This document shows positions 57,385 to 64,000 of a DNA stretch of 64,000 bases, in pieces. Positions within the stretch are counted from its first letter, which is position 1, and the number at the start of each line of letters is the position of its first letter. The DNA is from Chromatiales bacterium (GTDB lineage Bacteria; Pseudomonadota; Gammaproteobacteria; Steroidobacterales; GCA-2729495), in NCBI GenBank assembly GCA_002688175.1, contig NZCC01000024.1:18126-82125 (forward strand), in the 5' to 3' direction. The position numbers and the translations under genes were made by a program. The notes under the pieces were generated by a model. That model was not told where the DNA came from. It saw only the letters and a program-made list of their open reading frames with translations, and did not search any database.

Positions 57385-59367
57385 TTACTGCGCTTCAGGC
57401 AGGGCATACGCCAACAGGTAATCATTCACACCGTGCGCGTAATACCAGCTGTGTCCGCCGGCCGCGATCACGACGAATTGCCTCCCACCAGCCTCGTAGG
57501 TCATGGGTGTCGCCATCGCTGAGGTCGACATCATGTCCTGCCAGAGCTCCTCACCAGTGTCGATATCGAACGCGCGAAACCGCGAGTCAGCCGTCGCACC
57601 GATGAAGATCAGACCACCGCCGGTCACGATCGGGCCACCGGCTGATGGCGCACCCCAGTTCAACGGCACCGGCACCGGTACCAGCTTGTCCAGCACCCCA
57701 AAAGGGACCTTCCATTTGATTTCTCCTACCGACATGTCGACCGCCACCAACTGATTCCACGGCGGCGCCGTGCAGGGCGAGAAGAACGGTGACATCAGCG
57801 GTCCCTGTTCAACCGCGTAGGGCGTACCGCCAATGTATCCCGGTACCTGCATGGGTGCGCCAGCCTGCGGCAACTTTGCCGTTTTCGGATCAACTTCCTC
57901 TCTTGGCACCAGGCGAATGAAATAAGGGATCTCAGACACCGGTGTTATCAGCATATTGCGCTCGGGATCGAAGGCTCCACCCCCCCAGTTACTGCCACCG
58001 CCAACTTGCGGATACATGATCGTGCCCTGGGTGGTGGGCGGCTCATACATCTCCCCCCAGCGTAGTGCCTCAATCTTTTTACGGCACACGCTGCGATCAA
58101 AAATCGTGAATCCCCAGGCATCATCCGGCGTGATGCCCATCCTGACAAGGGGTGGCGGTTTGACCGTGAACGGCTGGGTTGGCGACAAATGCTCACCGGG
58201 AATACCAGCAGTTGATACGGGTCGCTCCTCAATCGGAAACAGCGACTCGCCTGTCTCGCGATTAAACGTGAATGCCATGCCTGATTTACTCAGCTGGATA
58301 ACAGCAGGAATTACCTCGCCGTCACGACGAATATCAACGACGATGGGCGCAGCCGGCATATCACGATCCCAGACATCGTGATGAACAACCTGAAAATGCC
58401 AGACTACTTCACCGGTCGTACCCCGCAAGGCAACAATCGAATTGGCATAGCGATTGTCACCGGGACGATGGACACCCCAGAAATTTGGTGCCGGACTTGC
58501 CGTGGGCAGGAACAGCAAGTCCCGCTCGCTGTCGGTCGACATGATCGTCCAGACATTTCCGCCACCGACATTCTGTGGCGTTGCTTCCAGTCCCTCGCTG
58601 GCAACACGCACCAACGGATCAAATGTCCAGCGCAACTTGCCATTGCGGGCGTCAAAACCGCGGATGGCTCCGTTGACCGAGTTGGCACTCTTAAATTTAT
58701 TCGCGGTAGTCGTCACCACTACCACACCATTAATCACTGCCGCAGGAGACAGTAACTGCGTACCAATGACGCCCTTCGCCGGTTCCATAGCCTCGACATG
58801 AGGACGAACATCCACAACACCCTCGCTGCCGAACTCAGGACACAACTCACCATCACGCGCATCAATCGCCAGCAAAGTCAGGTCCGGAAGCGGCAGGAAT
58901 AATCGGGTTGCACAGCGCGCATCAGCAGCAGCTTTGGGGTCGCGCCACTGGCTCAGGCCCCGACATTTGAATCGGCCAGCATACGGCACCTTCTTGAACT
59001 TGGGTTCGTACGCCCAACGTTCAGCACCGCTCTGTGGGTCCAGTGCAATAACCTTGGTAAAAGGTGTGCAGACAATCAGGTGACCACCGGCTTCCTCGGG
59101 CAATAATATCGGTGTCGCCTGAAAATCGATGAACATCTTAAGCTTCGGATTCTCTTCGACCGCACCGGTACGATAAGTCCAGGCAAGCTCGAGGGCACCG
59201 ACATTATCGCGATTGATTTGATCCAGCGCAGAAAAGCGACCGCCGCCCTCATCACCACCATAATGCATCCAGGTTTGCGCAACAGCGCTCGAAACAGGAA
59301 GCAGAAGCAGAAGCAAAATACAGGCGGGCGGAAACGAAATAACTCGATTTGACTGCAACATAAACAT
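57385..59367 (-). CDS. PQQ-dependent dehydrogenase (glucose/quinate/shikimate-type beta-propeller), single N-terminal anchor or signal
   Basis: About 661 aa from Met at 59367 (MFMLQSNRVISFPPACILLLLLLPVSSAVAQ). WMHYGGDEGGGRFSALDQINRDNVGALELAWTYRTG, NVWTIMSTDSERDLLFLPT, DTGEELWQ...ATPMTYEAGGRQFVVIAAGGH. The ORF-track start at 59667 adds 100 non-protein-like residues. Confidence 0.85.
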   Translation of the reverse strand: MFMLQSNRVISFPPACILLLLLLPVSSAVAQTWMHYGGDEGGGRFSALDQINRDNVGALELAWTYRTGAVEENPKLKMFIDFQATPILLPEEAGGHLIVCTPFTKVIALDPQSGAERWAYEPKFKKVPYAGRFKCRGLSQWRDPKAAADARCATRLFLPLPDLTLLAIDARDGELCPEFGSEGVVDVRPHVEAMEPAKGVIGTQLLSPAAVINGVVVVTTTANKFKSANSVNGAIRGFDARNGKLRWTFDPLVRVASEGLEATPQNVGGGNVWTIMSTDSERDLLFLPTASPAPNFWGVHRPGDNRYANSIVALRGTTGEVVWHFQVVHHDVWDRDMPAAPIVVDIRRDGEVIPAVIQLSKSGMAFTFNRETGESLFPIEERPVSTAGIPGEHLSPTQPFTVKPPPLVRMGITPDDAWGFTIFDRSVCRKKIEALRWGEMYEPPTTQGTIMYPQVGGGSNWGGGAFDPERNMLITPVSEIPYFIRLVPREEVDPKTAKLPQAGAPMQVPGYIGGTPYAVEQGPLMSPFFSPCTAPPWNQLVAVDMSVGEIKWKVPFGVLDKLVPVPVPLNWGAPSAGGPIVTGGGLIFIGATADSRFRAFDIDTGEELWQDMMSTSAMATPMTYEAGGRQFVVIAAGGHSWYYAHGVNDYLLAYALPEAQ

Positions 59368-59788
59368 CAGATCCCAATAAAGCAGGTCAAACAGTAGCAA
59401 AATGGCTAAAATTCGCCAATCCGGGCCATATCTATGACTTGGTAGCCTCGGCCCAAGCCGGAAAATACCCTGTCTAACAGCCTTTTTCAGTAACCAGCAA
59501 CGATCACGCCAACTAACCGAACATTGGACATTGCACCACATAGAGCCCGAAAGGACTCCACTGACAGGCCCGTGAAGTTGACCCTCATTGTAGTGGCCGT
59601 ATACTCCATCACGTGTAAGGGCTTCACCGATCCGGGCATGGTGTTGCCTTGGGCTGTTGAAATACAATAATGCCAGGCCGCGACAAGGGGATGTCCGGCG
59701 AGAATTGCGCCCCAGAATTATGGTGACCGTTCGGACTGCTGCCTGTAGTCAGGCTAATAAAGACCGGGGATATGAAGGAGACTCTTCG

Positions 59789-60352
59789 ATGAAACGAATG
59801 ATAATGGCAGCGGCATTGCTGCTGCTGGCTGGCGCAGCCATGGCTGAAGGCGAGCCAAAATTTATTGTTGGCACAGCTGCAGCCTTTTCAGATTTTAAGG
59901 GCGATCCTAGCTATCCCGTTGATGATTCCGGGCTCGGCATCCAGATCTATGCTCAGGCTCGCGCCAATTCCTGGTTTGCTATTGAGGGTGGTTACTTCAG
60001 CAGCGGTGAGTTCTCACAAGATATAGACCCTGGTAATAACGGTACTGTTGACCTCTCAATGACTGGCTTCAATATTGCTGCTGTTGGTTTTATTCCGATC
60101 TTTCCAAATGCCGAGAACGACCTGGATTTATACGGCAAACTTGGTTTATATGATTTTGATATTGACCGGACCGTGCAAGAAGGCAATTCCCAGGTACCGG
60201 GCTCATTAGGCCATTCGACGGGTTTATTTGCCGGGGTTGGCATCGTACTCAATATCGGCAGTAACATCGGGATCCGTACTGAAGCTTTATACTTTGATAT
60301 TGACAATGCTGATCTGTGGACCCTGAATATGGGTGTCCAGATCGGATTCTGA
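59789..60352 (+). CDS. small outer-membrane beta-barrel protein (OmpW/OmpA-barrel-like)
   Basis: 187 aa from the ATG at 59789 (GAAGGAG at 59774). Signal peptide MKRMIMAAALLLLAGAAMA. Alternating beta-strand pattern and a C-terminal ...GVQIGF. Confidence 0.65.
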   Translation: MKRMIMAAALLLLAGAAMAEGEPKFIVGTAAAFSDFKGDPSYPVDDSGLGIQIYAQARANSWFAIEGGYFSSGEFSQDIDPGNNGTVDLSMTGFNIAAVGFIPIFPNAENDLDLYGKLGLYDFDIDRTVQEGNSQVPGSLGHSTGLFAGVGIVLNIGSNIGIRTEALYFDIDNADLWTLNMGVQIGF

Positions 60353-60373
60353 TTTACTTTTTGAGGGGCAGGC

Positions 60374-62443
60374 ATGCTTGACAGCCTCCGGCCCACTGAC
60401 ATCAAACCGACCAAACGAAGCGCTTGGCATCAACTGGTCGGTTTTTTTGTGCGGTACCGAATCGTAATCTGGCTATGGCTCGTTACTGCGCTTTTTACCG
60501 GATCATCAGGGCATGCATCGGACTGGCTGTACTATGGCGGCACACAGGGCGGCACGCATCATTCTTCTTTGCAACAGATCAGCCGCGACAATGTAGGTGA
60601 TCTGGAACTTGCCTGGTCTTATCGCACCGGTGCACTTAAACGCCACCCGCAAATCGGCTTCCCGGGCGCGGCGAGTTTTCATGTAACGCCGATCCTGCTG
60701 CCGAAAGCGGCCGGACAGTCACTGGCTTTCTGCACACCGTTCAATCGTATTATCGCGCTGGACCCAACCAATGGCGATGAACGCTGGACCTTCGAACCCA
60801 AACTTAAGCCCCCCTCGCCCGGCGGACGTTTCAATTGCCGTGGTATCGCTTACTGGCAGGATGCCATGCCGGCAGGCAACAGCTGCAAGCATCGTCTGTT
60901 CATGGGCACGTTTGACCTGCAGGTGCTCGCCGTCGATGCGCAAACCGGCCAGGCTTGCGAGGACTTTGGTAATAACGGCGCAATCGATGTCTGGCACATG
61001 GTCGAAGCCGAAGTCGAAGCCAAGGCCGGGCTGACCGGCCTGCCGGCAGATCTTCGGCCGGGCGATATCCAGTTTTCTGCTCCCCCGGCTGTGGTCGGCA
61101 ACCTGGTCATTGTCGGCAGCAGCAACAACACCAAGTCCAGGCGTATCGATGGACCCAACGGAGTCATCCGTGCATTCAATGCGCGCAACGGAAAACTGGT
61201 CTGGTCATTCGACCCGGTACCACGCAACCCGAATGATCCCGAGACCAAAAACTGGACCGAAGCTGCACTGCAAAACACCGGAGCGGCCAACGCCTGGAGC
61301 ATTCTGTCTGTCGATGAAGAACGCGATCTCATCTTCCTGCCAACCGGCAGCGCCTCTCCTGATTTCTATGGCGGCAAACGGCCGGGTGATAATCGCTACG
61401 CCAACTCCATCATTGCGTTGCGCGGTTCGACAGGTGAAGTAGTCTGGCATTACCAGATCGTTCACCATGATGTCTGGGACCTCGACATCCCCTCCCAGCC
61501 GATCCTGACAACCCTGCGCATAGATGACACCGAAATACCGGTGGTCGTACAACTAACCAAGCAAGGCATGACTTTTGTCCTGCATCGCGAAACCGGTGAA
61601 CCGGTGTTCGGCGTAGAAGAGCGTCCGGTTCCGCAAGACGGCGTGCCGGGCGATCAACTGTCACCCACTCAGCCCTACCCGTATTTCCCGCCGCCGCTGG
61701 TACCGATGTCACTGACGAGTGATGACGCATGGGGCTTCACAGTGCTCGACCGTAACTATTGCCGTGACTGGATCGAACGTTCGCGAACCGATCATTTCTA
61801 TGCGCCACCAACACCCGAAGGGACGGCAAATTTTCCCGGCATGAGCGTCAACAACTGGGGTGGAGGCGCGCTGACGCCGGATGATGTCCTGATCGTGCCG
61901 ATCAACCGTGCCGCAATCGTTCGCACCCTTAAATCGATTGCTACGATCGATCCCGAAGCATTAAGCGGCAAAATGGCCGGCCTGATGGGCACACTCGGAC
62001 ATCTTAACGGTTCCGATTATGCACAAAGCATGGTCCCGATGCTGTCCTTCATCATGTCGCCCTGCACGGCACCGCCATGGGGCGAACTTGCGGCACTCGA
62101 CCTGCGCACCGGGGAGATGCTCTGGCGCAGGCCACTCGGCGTACTCGACAAGCTCATGCCTGTACCGATCCCGCTTAATTGGGGCACCCCCTCCGCCGGC
62201 GGACCTATTTCAACAGCCGGTGGGCTCGTATTTATTGGCGCGACAGCCGACGAACGGTTCCGGGCATTCGACATCTCCACCGGCGAGCAGCTCTGGGAAA
62301 CCATGACGCCGACCGCTGCGATGGCGATCCCGATGACCTATGAAGTTGACGGTAAACAGTATGTCGTCGTTGCTGCCGGCGGGCATATGTGGCTGTACGG
62401 AAGGAAAGTTTCTGACTACCTGGTCGCCTACGCCCTGCCCTGA
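60374..62443 (+). CDS. PQQ-dependent dehydrogenase, paralogue of the 57385-59367 gene
   Basis: 689 aa. DWLYYGGTQGGTHHSSLQQISRDNVGDLELAWSYRTG, NAWSILSVDEERDLIFLPT, STGEQLWE...AIPMTYEVDGKQYVVVAAGGH. Confidence 0.85.
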   Translation: MLDSLRPTDIKPTKRSAWHQLVGFFVRYRIVIWLWLVTALFTGSSGHASDWLYYGGTQGGTHHSSLQQISRDNVGDLELAWSYRTGALKRHPQIGFPGAASFHVTPILLPKAAGQSLAFCTPFNRIIALDPTNGDERWTFEPKLKPPSPGGRFNCRGIAYWQDAMPAGNSCKHRLFMGTFDLQVLAVDAQTGQACEDFGNNGAIDVWHMVEAEVEAKAGLTGLPADLRPGDIQFSAPPAVVGNLVIVGSSNNTKSRRIDGPNGVIRAFNARNGKLVWSFDPVPRNPNDPETKNWTEAALQNTGAANAWSILSVDEERDLIFLPTGSASPDFYGGKRPGDNRYANSIIALRGSTGEVVWHYQIVHHDVWDLDIPSQPILTTLRIDDTEIPVVVQLTKQGMTFVLHRETGEPVFGVEERPVPQDGVPGDQLSPTQPYPYFPPPLVPMSLTSDDAWGFTVLDRNYCRDWIERSRTDHFYAPPTPEGTANFPGMSVNNWGGGALTPDDVLIVPINRAAIVRTLKSIATIDPEALSGKMAGLMGTLGHLNGSDYAQSMVPMLSFIMSPCTAPPWGELAALDLRTGEMLWRRPLGVLDKLMPVPIPLNWGTPSAGGPISTAGGLVFIGATADERFRAFDISTGEQLWETMTPTAAMAIPMTYEVDGKQYVVVAAGGHMWLYGRKVSDYLVAYALP

Positions 62444-62616
62444 CCCGGGAGCCACTTTAGCAGGCCTGCAGACCACCTATCGAACGCGAGCCAGCTCATT
62501 CGAGCCAGCATTTCCAGAGCACCCAACATCGGCTACACTCTGCGGCCCGATGTTTTGCAGGCACAGTGAACCATAAACCCGCCACAAGACAAGAAGATTC
62601 TCAAAGGATAAAAACA

Positions 62617-63504
62617 ATGGCTAGCAAATTCGAAACAAGCATCGATTTCAGGAACCCGATCTGGAATCGCGACACCTGGGCGCGAATACAGGGCGACCTG
62701 AACCCAGAGAACGAACGCATCGGCTATGCCGCCGGAGAGATTCTCGGCGTCAAACCCGGTGAGGCAGCCAAGCCCCTGTGTGGCTACGAAGTTTTCCTCG
62801 CCACGCGCCTGATTCCACAAGAAGACGGCAACTATCGCCGCCTGAACAAGGAAGTCATTTTCTACACCGATCTGAACCCGGACCCGGGCAGTCGACGCAT
62901 GATCGATAAGTGGACAAACCCCTGGACTGATGAAGAAGTCGATGTCGTGCACGTAGCCAACGATCCGTTCAACTACACAATCAGCGATACACTGATTCTC
63001 GCCCCCGAGGATTTCCCTACGGATGGCTCGCCGCCAAAAATGCGCAAAATTCCGCTGATGTTCCCGTGGCGCCAGGTGGGCGACAAGCTGATGCTGAGCA
63101 CCGACATGCATCTGTGTTATCCGAACTCACTGCAGCCGGACAAGTGGCCTCGCGAATCAAGCGGTCCGTTGGCACAGGTATCAGAGATGATGCGCTACTG
63201 GATCGACGTTGCCGATGTCGAGAATCCTGACCTGACCTCCATCGCTTATCAGGGTACCTGGAGCCGTATTACGCCATGGCTGCCATGGATGCTGATGGGC
63301 ATGGAACCAGGACATTGCGTCTATCTCGGGCTGATGGCCGGCGGTCCGAGCAACAGCAGAGATATCGTGCCTCAGCATGTGCAGGACTTTGCGAATGATC
63401 GTTACCCGGGAATGCTGTCATCACCAACCGAGGACTACGGTCCGAGTATTTCCAGCCTTGAGTACTACGCGAAGAATCAGACCCCTGCCCCTGTTAAGGA
63501 CTGA
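62617..63504 (+). CDS. DUF1838-like protein (no obvious leader)
   Basis: 295 aa from the ATG at 62617 (MASKFETS...). Core RMIDKWTNPWTDEEVDVVHVANDPFNY parallels the 56533 gene. Confidence 0.55.
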   Translation: MASKFETSIDFRNPIWNRDTWARIQGDLNPENERIGYAAGEILGVKPGEAAKPLCGYEVFLATRLIPQEDGNYRRLNKEVIFYTDLNPDPGSRRMIDKWTNPWTDEEVDVVHVANDPFNYTISDTLILAPEDFPTDGSPPKMRKIPLMFPWRQVGDKLMLSTDMHLCYPNSLQPDKWPRESSGPLAQVSEMMRYWIDVADVENPDLTSIAYQGTWSRITPWLPWMLMGMEPGHCVYLGLMAGGPSNSRDIVPQHVQDFANDRYPGMLSSPTEDYGPSISSLEYYAKNQTPAPVKD

Positions 63505-63528
63505 TGCTCAGCCGCTGAAGAAGGCAGT

Positions 63529-64000
63529 TTGAATCGCGACAACAACCAGCCGCGTCGCGGGGAAGAACCCTTCCCCGCGACAGGCTATGCCTGGTACGTT
63601 GCCGTTGTCCTGACGCTTGCCCACATTGTCTCGTTTCTCGACCGCCAGGTTCTGGCCCTGCTCGTCGAGCCAATCAAACGTGACCTGCAGATCAATGATA
63701 CGCAAATGAGCCTGTTACTCGGGCTAGCATTTGCCATCTTTTATACGGTCATGGCGATTCCAATCGGCCGGCTCGCCGACCGTAAGAGCCGGCGCACAAT
63801 CATCACCATGGGAATCACGGCCTGGTGCGCCATGACCGCGATGTGCGGTCTGACACGTAACTACTGGCAACTGTTTATAGCGCGCATCGGCGTCGGCGTC
63901 GGCGAAGCGACTTTGACACCCAGTGCGCTATCGATGCTCAGCGACTACTTTCCACGCCACAAACTGGGTGCTGCAATCGGCTTCTATAACATGGGCGTAT
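63529..64000 (+). CDS. MFS transporter, 3'-partial (runs off the window)
   Basis: The frame is open from the stop at 63502-63504 to the window end. FLDRQVLALLVEPIKRDLQ and PIGRLADRKSRR are near-identical in pattern to the 44549-45922 MFS. There is no ATG, so TTG at 63529 is the best start guess. Confidence 0.65.
   Translation, partial: MNRDNNQPRRGEEPFPATGYAWYVAVVLTLAHIVSFLDRQVLALLVEPIKRDLQINDTQMSLLLGLAFAIFYTVMAIPIGRLADRKSRRTIITMGITAWCAMTAMCGLTRNYWQLFIARIGVGVGEATLTPSALSMLSDYFPRHKLGAAIGFYNMGV

Noticed and set aside
59368-59667. 100-codon N-terminal extension of the first PQQ dehydrogenase, which could have been extra TM helices as in membrane glucose dehydrogenase
   Set aside because: The composition is Arg/Trp/Cys/His-rich and not helical-hydrophobic. 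A good signal-like sequence starts at Met101, and the paralogue has a single N-terminal segment.

Overview
64-kb window from a probable Gammaproteobacterium (inference from E. coli-like QueD, CysB, CysH and Nap proteins). No rRNA, tRNA, CRISPR, transposase or integrase was recognised. The layout is as follows. 0-11 kb holds PON-like and CRTAC1-like proteins, heme O synthase, and a sulfate-assimilation/siroheme cluster (cysH, cysB, cysG, cysK, a hemA-like gene, hemB). 11-34 kb is one minus-strand block, queD - CDA-fold deaminase - methyltransferase - 4-module NRPS - 2-module NRPS - folE (then an amidohydrolase). 34-40 kb, divergent from that block, carries a translationally coupled coenzyme F420 operon (fno, cofE, cofD, cofC, fbiC). 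40-49 kb holds a 5'-truncated PLP-enzyme remnant, an M1 aminopeptidase, an aldolase, an MFS transporter, a methyltransferase and a tandem alpha/beta hydrolase. 49-54 kb carries napFDA-(napG/H remnant)-BC. 54-64 kb holds two LLM oxidoreductases, two PQQ dehydrogenase + DUF1838-like pairs, a small OMP and a partial MFS gene. The main lead is the NRPS block. Its starter adenylation domain lacks the alpha-amino-binding Asp and carries an embedded PRMT-fold methyltransferase. It sits in the same tightly spaced or overlapping gene string as enzymes that make 6-carboxy-tetrahydropterin. This suggests an undescribed pteridine/lumazine-carboxylate-primed nonribosomal hexapeptide, physically coupled to F420 supply. 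No release domain is present.
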